DNA from: Eledone cirrhosa | Lineage: Eukaryota | Length of the DNA stretch: 64,000 nt | Reading direction: 5' to 3' | Assembly: GCA_964016885.1 (NCBI GenBank) | Contig: OZ024745.1 | Span: forward strand, 94,922,001-94,986,000 | Shown: positions 1-14,787 of the stretch, in pieces | How positions within the stretch are numbered: position 1 is the stretch's first letter | How the letters are laid out: each line of letters opens with the position of its first letter | Position numbers and translations under genes: made by a program | The notes under the pieces: generated by a model | The model's input: the letters and a program-made list of their open reading frames with translations, nothing else | Database searches by the model: none | What the model was told of the DNA's origin: nothing

Positions 1-49
1 ATAGAACCATTACATTTAATCGTGTTTCATTATATGACATGAGAGTCGC

Positions 50-235
50 TGTGGATTGGCAGTATCGGTAGAGGGTCGGACGCCATGCGTTGACCTATAG
101 AGTTACGGCCCTTGCTATTCTGAGTTTAAATCCCGCCGAGGTTAACTTTGCCTTTCATCCTTATGGGGTTGAAAAAATAAAGTACCAGTAATACGCTGGT
201 TATTTCTGGCCTTGTGCCAAAAGTAGAAACAATTA
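50..235 (+). mobile_element. tRNA-derived SINE (family A)
   Basis: A-box-like TGGCAGTATCGG, B-box-like GAGTTTAAATCC and body TTTGCCTTTCATCCTTA...AAAGTACCAGT...GGCCTTGTGCC shared with about 20 other copies in the window. Confidence 0.85.
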
Positions 236-1000
236 TATGACATGAGAGTCATCCCATAGAACATAGGACTATTACATTTAATCATGTTTCCTTATATGGC
301 ATGAGAGCCATTCCATGAAACATGGGTCCTTTATATATATACTTATATGTTTTCATATTTACAAATATTTCTATTTAAATGAGGACTATATTACATCTTA
401 AAAATGAGAGAATATTGAATATTAGGATTATTTTTATAAACATTTCGTGCTGTTCAAAGTCTTGGTCTGTCCACACAAGACCCGTCCTCTGGTTTCATAT
501 TTTTTCCCCTTTTACTGATTTTTAGTATACAGAGTGAGAAGATATTGTTAACCTCTTGTCTACCAATTTTTCATTTCATAGAGGAAAAGGACATTGTGAA
601 TCGACACAATTACCTTCTTACAGTGCATCACTAACGATTCTGGAAGTGTGAGGGAGAGATGAACGAATTTACCCAGTACTTTACTGGTATTGTCGATAAT
701 TACTGTTATAGAAAGAATGAAAGTTTTTACCTCACCTTGATCTGAAGTACGAGCACAAAGAGCCGGAAAAATGACCACCTTGATATGAATTCTCATAATC
801 TTCTACATTGAAATCAGTTAAACAATATTTTCTTATCCGTGTCCAATTCGTTGCACCACAATATTTTCACAGGAGATTCCCCTAAGACATTTTCAGATTT
901 CAGTTCACCACAAAATATGTTAGTTTTTATTTGATATGTTTTCTCCTGGGGAGAAAACCTAATGTCAATATGTCCTGAAGTGTTTGACGGAGTAACTTAC

Positions 1001-1054
1001 TGATTCAGCATATTTAATTCTACAAATATTATACAATATTTTTATACGTTTAAC
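1001..1054 (-). CDS. candidate 54-nt coding exon (VKRIKILYNICRIKYAES) of an unidentified host gene
   Basis: On the minus strand it is flanked by tttctatatacAG and GTAAGT and is open in phase 0; no homology recognised. Confidence 0.3.
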
Positions 1055-3399
1055 CTGTATATAGAAATTATTCTTTACTGCAATAATCAGTCACTGACAT
1101 GACATTCCAAGCTGAGATAATTAGCAACAAATGAGAGATCCGATTGTCAAAACTGGGCTTATCTTTTCAACAGATAATTTGCTTAACACATTTCATTTCA
1201 CCAATCGATTTTGTCACTGATGCTTCTACTTTTACATCATTGTATTCTTTTCTTCTATTTTGCTGTTAGCAGATGCGCTATTTGTACAATTTCCTATTGC
1301 GATCGTCAGTTACATTCTAAAAATCTATCTATCTTTTAATGTAACATATTATTTCTGTCACGCTAGCAAACATTTTGCAGACAGTTTAATAGTTCTATGC
1401 AGACAGGTAACTGCCTGGTCATCACGATAGTTTAAATTACTTTAGCGCTTGTCTGTAATGTTTCTTTTAAATACAATAGTTGCTTATTTAAACGTAGTTA
1501 GTAGATAACCCTAATGATACCAAATCGCATGAAATCACGCTAGTTCTATGATACTATATTGTCTGTTTTAAGGTGTATATATTTTTCTAAACATATTCCA
1601 CCATAGTTTTCATAATTTTATGTAAAAACCTATATTAAGTTATACTAGCAGAAAAACCATCCTTAGGGTGGTTTTCTGCTAGTATGTGTAGTGTGCCTAT
1701 TGATATTATACGCAAATATATATGCATGTAGATATGATACGTCAAAAAAAATCGTAATTGGCAATATCCACAGAAATTAAAGAGCGACTGTGTTACACTC
1801 TCTTCTGCAATCAGTAAAGTAATTCATGATACATTTTAAAAAGACGATAATATATATAAGCTGCATTGGGAGAAAATTAACGACGGAAATATATGTGATG
1901 TTTTTATAAGTGTTATAATATAACGAACGCTAACCGGAAGTGTTGACGTTTGAAAATTTTAAAGAAGTGAATCTTTAAATAAGCAATGCAATTATTTATA
2001 TTTAATTAAGAGTTACGAAATTTAGTACATAAATTATGTAATATTCATTTATTATTTATTGAAAGTAATCCAACTTATTTTACAAACGGGATAAAATAAT
2101 ATAATCTGGAAACAGTTCCGCACTCCTTTCTTTATTATAGTTAAGATTTCAAAAGATACTTAATATTGGGGATGTTAGTTATATTACTAAATTCCTCCGA
2201 ATTCTTGATTATTTTCAAAATCATTATCTTTCATTAGAAATAGCCATTATCTTTCATTAGAAATATGGTAACGAAAGGTTTAAAGTATAGTCTTATATGT
2301 CGACTCCTTGGGAAGATGGGAAGATTTTTTGGTCTATTATATTCTTATAATTGCAGATGATTGTATGTATGTGCTCGTAACTCTTGGGCGTGTTTAGGGC
2401 GCTGCAGTAACGTGCGGCGTTCCTTGGACAATTTTAAAACCTGCTGGTGCCCAACTCCTATCCAGGTCTGAATAAAGTAGATTTCTTCTAGAGAGAGAGA
2501 AAGAGGGATAGAGGAAGTGAAAAAGAGATATAGAAATAGAACCGACCTCAGTACTAGATTGGTACTTTTTTATTGACCACAGAAGGATCAAATACCACGA
2601 AGTATCTAAAGTTCTAATGACTCTGCCAATTCGTAGGCTTGTAGACGATTACACCATATGATAAACATGTGAATGATTGTCCAGTTTAATTTCTAATCAA
2701 ACATTTTGTTTCTTCTTAGATGGAAGCCTAAATATCTGATAAATAAAAGTACCCTTAAATAGAACCGTATGCATTATCTTGAGAACCCCTCCCAACGACG
2801 AATCTAATATACATTTATTACTAAATCTAACTGGTAGAACATACACACACACATATATACCCACACACGCATGTACGGGCGCACGCAAACACATAAATAG
2901 ATATGTACATTAAATAATAAATATATATAATAAAATACGGTGTATTCTAAGAGATTAAGGTTCATTTAATTCAGATATCACTACAATTATTTTTCATTTA
3001 GAAGCCGTCACTCTGAAGAGAAAAAATGATGAGATTACTGATATTCCTCTTGAAGATTTTTTCTCCTCATTGGGGCCTAACTACACATGATTCTGTGTGT
3101 AGAAGAATATTAATATATGCCAAGAAAAATATATAATATTGTCGAAATACGCATGAAGTGCATACGCTTGGCAACGTAATTGATTAAATAATAAATATTA
3201 ATGCTAGTACAGCATATATTAGAAGAATTAAGTTAACATATTGTTGTTAGAACCAGTCTTTGAACTAGAATGCTTCTTTGTGAAAAGAATGAAGTGTAAA
3301 CACATTAAACTATTCCACAAAACACATATTTCCTTTATTTATTTGGGAGATTTTTATCTCGACATAGTAATGTCAATCTATCGACCTATCTATCTATCC

Positions 3400-3484
<85 letters not shown>

Positions 3485-3517
3485 TAAGTATTAATAAAAT
3501 AGATGTTCTTTTGATCA

Positions 3518-3580
3518 ATTACATTTTATTATACATATTTCGGATGTACAACAGTACGTCCTCATCAGACAAAATATAAT
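3518..3580 (-). ncRNA. type I hammerhead ribozyme
   Basis: attatattttgt CTGATGA ggacgtac-tgtt-gtacatcc GAAA tatgta TA ataaaatgtaat: 12-bp stem I, stem II with one mismatch, near-palindromic stem III. Confidence 0.85.
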
Positions 3581-3734
3581 GATACATGACATACCCTGAG
3601 ATGTTAAATGGTTAAGATTTAATCAAGGTACTACCTTGATTAAATCTTAACCAAAATTATCCCCTGTGATTGTTTCATATGTTTATTTATATGTTAATCA
3701 ATTTCTAGTTGTTAAATATATATATATATATATA

Positions 3735-4152
3735 ACATCACAACTTACAATTAAGGACAAAATGAAAACACACACACACATAGAACAAACAACTAACCGG
3801 CAACATGTAAATAAACAAATAAATAAACAAATATAAACACACACAGACACCCGGATGTGGCGCATGCGCAGACTGACCACACAACACACACACAGAAACA
3901 AAATGGCGTAGGACAGAACAAAGGAGAGGCACAAAAACAAAGAAAAGAATCCCCAGTCACTGATGAGGTCACATAATGTGTAACGAAAGAACTTTGACAA
4001 TATATAAACAACTATCTGGTTGTGGAACCAACCAACCAACCAGAAATTTATAAATTTATAAATTCCTAAATTTATAAATTTATTATAATAAATTGAAGTG
4101 AAAGCACATGGTGCGAGTGTTTCTTATTGGCAACATGACCCTCCCAAAGTAT

Positions 4153-4158
<6 letters not shown>
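3735..4158 (+). mobile_element. solo PLE pseudo-LTR between (TA)n tracts
   Basis: Homologous to 9071-9405 (inverted) and 9921-10090, which flank a PLE RT fragment; carries an HHR. Confidence 0.7.
3956..3998 (+). ncRNA. minimal type I hammerhead ribozyme
   Basis: gtca CTGATGA ggtcacataatgtgtaac GAAA gaac TT tgac. Confidence 0.65.
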
Positions 4159-4194
<36 letters not shown>

Positions 4195-4449
4195 GGTATT
4201 ATGAATATGCAAATCAGTTCCTTATTTTTCCTTTTACCAGGCATTGAGATTTAAACACGTTTTCAATGGCAGCCATGTCAAAAGCAGATACAAACTTTAT
4301 TTTGATTTATATTTGTACTTCCTGTCTAATGACACCGCATTGATTGATTATTCAATAACGGCCTTTTGGTGCCTTGCAGTTGTGCATAACGGGATGATAT
4401 AATGGAATAAAATGATGTTGAATATGTGATACCATTTCTCTTCTGTCTC

Positions 4450-4785
<336 letters not shown>

Positions 4786-5130
4786 GCAGTGAATTGGCAG
4801 GCATTATTTTGCGATATTCATTCCAGTTCTGTTCACTCTGAGTTCCTATATTTACATATGCATACTCGAGAAGCTAAAATATAACGCTGATAACACTGTT
4901 TATTTCTCTTGTCATTAGAAATGCTATGAGTGGATTGCTGCTTTTGAAATCTGTACAAACGTCGTTGTTATTTACCAACTGGGATATGAAGCAAACAATG
5001 AAGTAATTTTCTACTCCAAGCTTGAAAAATATTTCTAGAATTGAAAGGAACGCCATGCTGTTAATAACTCTATTTTGAAATTAGCTTAACAATCGAAACG
5101 CACCCAATGACAGAAAGATAGTAACTAAAT

Positions 5131-5368
5131 CAGGGGCGGTGGAAGCATTTCTGAATTAAGGTGGGGTGGGGTCAAATTTGGACAATTTAACTGTAGTGAT
5201 TAGTTTAGCTCTTTGCGCTCTAAAATGGTCACAAAACTTCGATATGCGATAAATATAACATGTACATAAATTGTAGCACATATCCAAATATATGATTGTT
5301 TTGGTAGTTTGGGGAGAATATATAATTATTGGAAGGGGCATTCCCCTTCCCCCAGTTTCACCGCCATT
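5131..5368. mobile_element. possible hAT-type MITE
   Basis: Imperfect terminal inverted repeats CAGGGGCGGTGGAA / TTTCACCGCCATT; no target-site duplication confirmed. Confidence 0.4.
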
Positions 5369-5559
5369 ATATACATATAATTAAAAGAAATTCTGCTCCG
5401 TGCCCTTTCCTAATGGGTTAATATATCGAGCTTCTTCGTATTTGATAAAAAACTGGTATTATGCCTAATTTATTCAGCTCTTATATATATATGTATATAT
5501 ATATATATAGTATAAAAGAGAAAACACAGGTAAGCATTAAGAGAAGGATTTTATCCAGG

Positions 5560-5661
5560 TATTTACGACCGTTTCATTGGTAAGTGCAACCTTATATTGC
5601 TATACTGCAAATAGCAGCCACTCAATTATAATTGTTGTTCACAGTCCAAATTTTCAAAATA
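5560..5661 (-). ncRNA. hammerhead-like motif, U3:A8 core, long stem II
   Basis: tatt TTGAAAA tttgg...ccaat GAAA cggtcg TA aata; near-palindromic stem III; lies in a (TA)n-bounded segment at about 5510-5995. Confidence 0.55.
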
Positions 5662-5992
5662 GTGAGTAAGTTACTCTTGAAATAATTCTTAATATATAGA
5701 GAAAAACATTTATTTGGAATTATATTTACTAGTATATAGAGAGAGGAATCAGAAGGTGAGGGGACAAACGGAATAGTATAGAGAGAGAGAGGAAGGGGGA
5801 AGAGGTAGGAAGTAGAGTGACAAACTGAGATGGAGGGAGGGGTAGAGGTGGAAGGATTCCTTGGTCAGTTTTGATAGCAGACTTCATGTCGTGGAATGTA
5901 GTGAGTTAAAGAGAAACCGTTGAAAGCATCCATGAAACTGGCTTTCTTAACCAAGAACTGGATCACAATAACCAATTTTTTTCTTCTCTAAC

Positions 5993-6066
<74 letters not shown>

Positions 6067-6107
6067 AAAAGAAATTGAAAATGGAGTCTTTTAAGAATAT
6101 TTATTTA

Positions 6108-6151
6108 TTTACTTTACCGATTTCACAGTTCTTATGCTTTTCAAAAGTAAA
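6108..6151 (-). ncRNA. minimal hammerhead ribozyme, U3:A8 core
   Basis: tttactt TTGAAAA gca-taagaac-tgt GAAA tcgg TA aagtaaa; perfect 7-bp stem I. Confidence 0.7.
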
Positions 6152-6429
6152 ATTGAGAAGGAGGGTTGTGGAACTTTGCTGACGAACTCATGGCAATAAA
6201 CAGTTATTATCCTATAGATAAATTATAAATTATTATTAACAATATACCGTATTTGCCTATATTTTACGTTGTTTTGACGTTTATAAGCATTTTATGGAGC
6301 AGATCCAATATTCGTGATTTTTAACTCTGCGGGGGTGCTCTAGGTACGTAACTCCCCCGCGAATACCGGGGGACAACTGTTCTCTCTCTCTCTTTCCCCT
6401 CTCTTCCTCCCTATCTCTATCCCTCTCCC

Positions 6430-6528
<99 letters not shown>

Positions 6529-6851
6529 AATGAGATGTCAAAGGAATTCTTTATAGTTTCAGTTCACCTTTCAACTAACTAAATGATATAAAAGATGGCA
6601 GTCTCAAAATTAATTGGTGAAACATTAATTGGCGACAGAATTCCAAATATAAATCAAAACGATATTGACTTACATTTATTTTCGCAGAGAAGTACTACAA
6701 ATACATATATTTTATGGGTTTCATGGTATTTTTGTATGTATGTTTCTCTTTCTCTTAATTTCGAGTACACTTTTGACCGGCCACCTTCCTGGTGGCAAGG
6801 TATGGTGTATGTATACGTGTACACCAGATATATACGTGTACACATATATAC

Positions 6852-6910
<59 letters not shown>

Positions 6911-6914
<4 letters not shown>

Positions 6915-7450
6915 AGTTATTCCGCGTTGAATCGGAGGTAACCACAGTAAGAAAGGTACCCAATACATAGCAGAGTATAACAGTTTTAATATAGATAAGA
7001 TTCTACAGGACTAGAACTGTTTCATTCTTTAGAAATCATCAGGAATCTGGCTGTCCAAAATAAATGTTGTGGTATTTATATCTTTTCTGGTGGTAGGAGA
7101 GGATGGGGAGTGGGGTGGGTGGAGGTCATTGGTTGAAAGAAAAGGGAATTCATTAAAAGCTAATTCTTTAAGGCTATAATTTATATTGAGAGTGTCAAAG
7201 GCAGAAATTATTCTATAAACAAGTTCAAATTGGGGTGCCACTCCTTATTTTTATGTTTCTCTTAAGCTAACAATGGCTATATTTCAGGTGTCTATAAGAT
7301 GGTTGGGGGTCGGTCATGGTTGATGGATTTAAAGAAAAGGGAAATTCTTTAAAAGCTAATTCTTTAAAGCACTACTTAGAGCTATAAACCAGTTCAAATA
7401 TTGGGTGCCTATCAATATTGTCATGTTTCTCTTAAGCTATATTTCAGGTG
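6911..7450 (-). mobile_element. PLE pseudo-LTR with internal partial duplication
   Basis: Homologous to 30603-30930 and 17915-18110, which abut Hydra-like PLE coding fragments; carries an HHR. Confidence 0.75.
6998..7048 (-). ncRNA. type I hammerhead ribozyme
   Basis: agattc CTGATGA tttc-taaa-gaat GAAA cag-ttctagtc-ctg TA gaatct. Confidence 0.8.
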
Positions 7451-7472
7451 TTAACAGAAACATTCACATACT

Positions 7473-7574
<102 letters not shown>

Positions 7575-7710
7575 AATATACACATATAGAAACTCATCTA
7601 CACATATACACATATATATACAAATATACATAAATACCCATACACAAATATATACATATATATATATATATACACATATATATACATGTACCTATACACA
7701 TATATATATA

Positions 7711-8309
7711 TAAACGGAAAAAAGGAAACGAAATTTCATTTCTCACTCTTAGTACGGCTGTTACTTAAATATAAGTATGTATACGTACATACATATATGT
7801 ATACAGACGTACAGTAGTATGTATATATATATATACATACATCAGACATATATATATATGTAAGTATGGATTCACCGAACATTTATTATAATGCTCGGTG
7901 TGTTTGTAAACAAACACCCGAATTAAGCCGTACAGTGTCTAGCAACCATCGTTGTTCATTTGTTCAACACTGACAAAGGAACGCTCTACTAGTTTAAAGC
8001 TTATTAGCTATCGTCAGCAACGTATACCTTTCTGCCAGATGATTGAACGTCTGAAAGTATATACTTTCCATATGCATATTAACGGCTGAGCAGCCTAATT
8101 TGCATATCGAGTGAGTTAACAAATAAGCAACGATGGTTGCTAGACACTGTACGGCTTAATTCGGGTGTTTGTTTACAAACACACCGAACATTGTAATAAA
8201 TGTTCGATGAATCCATACGTACATATATATATGTGTGCATATATGTGTATATATATACATACTACTGTACCTCTGTATACATATATGTATGTACGTATAC
8301 ATACTTATA

Positions 8310-8310
<1 letters not shown>
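7711..8310. mobile_element. diverged member of the 469-bp retrozyme-like family with an inverted arm
   Basis: Inverted repeat at about 7768-7965 / 8117-8310; degenerate HHR at 7981-8023 (-): CTGACGA tagct-aata-agctt TAAA ctag TA; octamer ATTTGCAT at 8098; collinear with the 56663-58791 unit. Confidence 0.7.
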
Positions 8311-10090
<1,780 letters not shown>

Positions 10091-10146
10091 ATCGGTTTCA
10101 ACACATGTTTTCAGATAAAGAATCTTGCTAAACAAATTCAGAAACG

Positions 10147-10200
<54 letters not shown>

Positions 10201-10420
10201 GGGGTAACAAATAATAGTTATATCCAGTCCCCTTAGGTGTAGTCCAGTTATGGTATTCCGGGTAGTGGATGATATCAACGCTAGGCTTGGTTTGACTCAA
10301 CAAGGCGTATTCATAGTGATGTTGCGAGTATGCTGTAATTCCTATGTTGTAAACACTTGGAGTAATAATAAATCAGGAAAGAAGATTGACATGGTTTGCA
10401 ATACAAAAAAGGTTTTTAAT

Positions 10421-10539
10421 CTCATTGCTGACAATTGTTTCTCTGAACTGGTAGGTCTAGAGATCGCTATTCGCTTGTTTTCACGTTACTCGATCGCCAA
10501 TACAAAATTATAACCAGTCAATTCTTCGGAGCATGCGAG
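10421..10539 (-). ncRNA. hammerhead ribozyme, CCGAAGA core, long stem II
   Basis: tgct CCGAAGA attgactggt...accagttcaga GAAA caattg TC agca; palindromic stem III ACAATTGT. Confidence 0.65.
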
Positions 10540-11092
10540 AATGAAGAGAATATACAGGCATGAATGGAATATACAGGCTACTATATGAAGTAGTAATGGC
10601 ATTCAGTTAGAACAATAACAACAATTACAACAATGCTAGTAATAAATTATTTGAGGAGACCCTGACATTACATTAGGTGGGGGGTATAGTGTATCTAAGA
10701 TTTCAGCGTGTAAAACTAGCTGACATGAAGCAGAAGTATAAGTTTGGCATGTCGTAGGGTGTATTGTATCAATTTTAAAGATAAGCCGGTGTTTATCACC
10801 AATATAGGTCAGGTGGCCGTAATGTTCAGTATTTATCTGACCGGCGAAGTATTTATCATTGAGTAGAATTTGTGTGGTCTACATTAGATGAGAATACAGT
10901 CTTTCTTTTCATCTTCAATACCATACATGTATAGGACAACACTGTCAAAGCTAAATGGTGGGCGAGTTAAAACAGAGGTTAAGGAGGTAATACATATATA
11001 TATATATATATATAAATATACATTATGAAGAGAGAAGAAACATTTAGATATAATTAGTAATAAAATGTATCATACCTAAACTGCTCCTAGAG

Positions 11093-11182
11093 TCCTCGAC
11101 TACGTAGTTTCGTGGCATAAACAAAAACAATACATCATAAAGATATAGAGTCCTTGCGAGGTCTGCCGACTTATCAAGAGGA
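11093..11182 (-). ncRNA. hammerhead ribozyme, U3:A8 core (593-bp unit, copy 1)
   Basis: tcctc TTGATAA gtcggca...tgccac GAAA ctacgtag TC gagga. Confidence 0.8.
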
Positions 11183-11685
11183 TACCTCATTTTACTAGTG
11201 TCAAGAACGCGTCTACACGACGTGAGAAAGAATCCCAAAAGGCGGAGGGGGAGATAGTCACGCGATATAACGGTCGAGAAACAGAGCTAAGCCTCTTATA
11301 ACCCCGAAGAAAATACCACGGAGGCGGAGGGGGTATTTATATCGAAGCCGTAGAAGAGGTGGTGAAGGAGGAGAGAAGTATGAGTAATGGAAGCTTTCCA
11401 GCAGTCCCCACACCTCAAAGATTGCTCGACCAGAGGGAGTTATTAACAATATATTTAGAAACACACAGATACATGCGGACACACACATATACATGAATGC
11501 ATCCGCACCCAACCGTGAGTTAAGGGTGCCAACTTCACCGATGTTGCTCAATGAATGACTGGGACAGACCAATCCGGTTGAACCAGACTGAACCAGTATC
11601 AGAGTTAAAAATACATTATGAAGAGAGAAGAAACATTTAGATATAATTAGTAATAAAATGTATCATACCTAAACTGCTCCTAGAG

Positions 11686-11775
11686 TCCTCGACTACGTAG
11701 TTTCGTGGCATAAACAAAAACAATACATCATAAAGATATAGAGTCCTTGCGAGGTCTGCCGACTTATCAAGAGGA
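11686..11775 (-). ncRNA. hammerhead ribozyme, U3:A8 core (593-bp unit, copy 2)
   Basis: Same motif 593 bp from copy 1. Confidence 0.8.
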
Positions 11776-12107
11776 TACCTCATTTTACTAGTGTCAAGAA
11801 CGCGTCTACACGACGTGAGAAAGAATCCCAAAAGGCGGAGGGGGAGATAGTCACGCGATATAACGGTCGAGAAACAGAGCTAAGCCTCTTATAACCCCGA
11901 AGAAAATACCACGGAGGCGGAGGGGGTATTTATATCGAAGCCGTAGAAGAGGTGGTGAAGGAGGCGAGAAGTATGAGTAATGGAAGCTTTCCAGCAGTCC
12001 CCACACCTCAAAGATTGCTCGACCAGAGAGAGTTATTAACAATATATTTAGAAACACACAGATACACGCGGACACACACGCGTTCTTGAGACTAGTAAAA
12101 TGAGGTA

Positions 12108-12197
12108 TCCTCTTGATAAGTCGGCAGACCTCGAAAGGACTCTATATCTTTATGATGTATTGTTTTTGTTTATGCCACGAAACTACGTAGTCGAGGA
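12108..12197 (+). ncRNA. hammerhead ribozyme, U3:A8 core (593-bp unit, inverted copy)
   Basis: tcctc TTGATAA ... GAAA ctacgtag TC gagga; 10-nt palindromic stem III ACTACGTAGT. Confidence 0.8.
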
Positions 12198-12439
12198 CTC
12201 TAGGAGCAGTTTAGGTATGATACATTTTATTACTAATTATATCTAAATGTTTCTTCTCTCTTCATAATGTATTTTTAACTCTGATACTGGTTCAGTCTGG
12301 TTCAACCGGATTGGTCTGTCCCAGTCATTCATTGAGCAACATCGGTGAAGTTGGCACCCTTAACTCGCGGTTGGGTGCGGATGCATTCATGTATATGTGT
12401 GTGTCCGCATGTATCTGTGTGTTTCTAAATATATTGTTA

Positions 12440-14300
12440 TATATATATATATATATACACATACATACACACACACATATATATACACACGCATGTGTAC
12501 ATAGACACATACATACACATCAATATACACTCGTACAAATACATACATATATGCAAAGAGATAAACATGCTGACTGTAATTATGGCAAAAAGGAAGGTAA
12601 AGTTACATTGTAGTAGTGATTTGAGAAATTCTTGGATTTAGGATCAAGTGATGGCAGCAGCTGAGAAGGAATAAGTTTATGTGTTGATGAGCTACTTACA
12701 GACATTTGTGTGGTAAAGACTTGTGAAGGCTAGAGTGTACTTAATGAGTATATTTCTGTAGTGATTTATGCAGGGTAGTGGGCATCCTAGTTTAAAGCTA
12801 TGTTGTGTTGGTTCGATTCACGGAGGTTTGAATCTTATGAATTTAGTGGCAATTCTATGTCTGCAGAAGATAGATCTTTCTAACTTATTGTTAAGTAGCC
12901 TTTTTACATTTTTGAGGATATACATTAGTTCTAGATCACATAGCCCGCAGTGGGACATACCTGTACTATAGGTTTTAGCAGCCGACAACTTCGACCAGTT
13001 AATGCTGTAGTTAGTGTTGCTCTCCTTCAGTTCCCATATTTTTTTGGCGAGGGTTGTGGAACCCATAAGTGCACGGTTTTTCATTGAGTGCCTGTGCACA
13101 TACCATCTTTTTTTAAAAGAAACAGACGAAGAAAATACCTATGGTTCAACCCAATCTTCAACTCCTCTATAAAAAAACTAGACTGCCCTCGATATTCTTT
13201 AAACTTATAGATAAACACTTCCCTATCTCACATAGATATCACAAAATACTCAATAGATTTACCATAAAACTCTCATACTCGACAGCAGCAAATATAGAAT
13301 CACACATACGCAGGATCAACCACAGAAATATCTCTAGTAAATCAACCGCACCTATGCATAACGTAGCACCAAATTATAAGCATAAACACATCACAACATC
13401 ACAACCGCAAGCGCATACAAACGCGCAACAGCAAAACCCCAATGGGCATATATCACAACCCACTTAAAACAGAGTACTAAACAGGAGTGTAGAAGCTGCA
13501 CAAAATAGCGCCTCAAACTGTAACTGTCACCTACCAGATAGGTGCCCATTGGCGAACAGATGTCTCGATTCGAGCCTAGTATACATGTGCACGGTCAACT
13601 CGGATAACTCCACCTGGAATTACATAGGATCCACCGCGGGTTCTTTTAAAAAAAGATGGTATGTGCACAGGCACTCAATGAAAAACCATGCACGTATGGG
13701 TTCCACAACCCTCGCCAAAAAAATATGGGAACTGAAGGAGAGCAACACTAACTACAGCATTAACTGGTCGAAGTTGTCGGCTGCTAAAACCTATAGTACA
13801 GGTATGTCCCACTGCGGGCTATGTGATCTAGAACTAATGTATATCCTCAAAAATGTAAAAAGGCTACTTAACAATAAGTTAGAAAGATCTATCTTCTGCA
13901 GACATAGAATTGCCACTAAATTCATAAGATTCAAACCTCCGTGAATCGAACCAACACAACATAGCTTTAAACTAGGATACCCACTACCCTGCATAAATCA
14001 CTACAGAAATATACTCATTAAGTACACTCTAGCCTTCACAAGTCTTTACCACACAAATGTCTGTAAGTAGCTCATCAACACATAAACTTATTCCTTCTCA
14101 GCTGCTGCCATCACTTGATCCTAAATCCAAGAATTTCTCAAATCACTACTACAATGTAACTTTACCTTCCTTTTTACCATAATTACAGTCAGCATGTTTA
14201 TCTCTTTGCATATATGTATGTATTTGTACGAATGTATATTGATGTGTATGTATGTGTCTATGTACACATGCGTGTGTATATATATATATGTGTGTGTATG

Positions 14301-14368
<68 letters not shown>
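12440..14368 (+). mobile_element. 5'-truncated Hydra-like PLE with inverted duplication of its 3' end
   Basis: 12440-13118 is the near-identical reverse complement of about 13645-14330; coding part lies at 13119-13944. Confidence 0.85.
13119..13944 (+). pseudogene. PLE RT C-terminus plus CxCx5C linker plus GIY-YIG endonuclease (disrupted)
   Basis: WFNP...KLIDKHFP.SHRYHKILNRFTIKLSYS; CNCHLPDRCPL; LVY...YIG; CGLC..E; FCRH. Confidence 0.85.
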
Positions 14369-14370
<2 letters not shown>

Positions 14371-14637
14371 GAGTTTATATTTAATTTGTTGGGATACAAC
14401 AAGCAAAATATTTTTATAACTGATACAAAGCACTCAACAAATTATTGGAGTAAATATACAATATGTTAACAAATGGAAACTATATTTATAAAACCATATT
14501 TATTTCATGATACATATTTCAAGGGCCACCAGAGCAAACAATAAATCTAATAACTCCACAATCCAGGAGATTCCAACCAGAATGGTTGCATTTTTAAAGG
14601 GTATGTCAATATTTATTTATAAAGCTAACCTATATTA

Positions 14638-14703
14638 TATTTTATCTGATGAAAGCGCACCATAGTTTGCTCTGGTGGCCCTTGAAATATGTTTAATGAA
14701 ATA
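14638..14703 (+). ncRNA. type I hammerhead ribozyme
   Basis: tattttat CTGATGA aagcgcacca...tggtggccctt GAAA tatgtt TA atgaaata; the inverted partial copy at 14460-14540 has GAAA tatgta TC. Confidence 0.7.
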
Positions 14704-14756
14704 AATATGGTTTTATAAATATAGTTTCCATTTGTTAGTATATTGCATATATATAC

Positions 14757-14787
<31 letters not shown>

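Larger units (their letters stand above)
11017..12439. mobile_element. retrozyme-like array with 593-bp unit: 1.8 copies (-) plus inverted 0.6 copy (+)
   Basis: Near-identical direct repeat with period 593 (11017-12079), inversion junction at 12078-12079, one HHR per unit, no meaningful ORF, (TA)n on both sides. Confidence 0.85.

Noticed and set aside
1643-2142. Possible Helitron/Helentron-type non-autonomous element
   Set aside because: Only loosely suggestive termini and no second copy in the window
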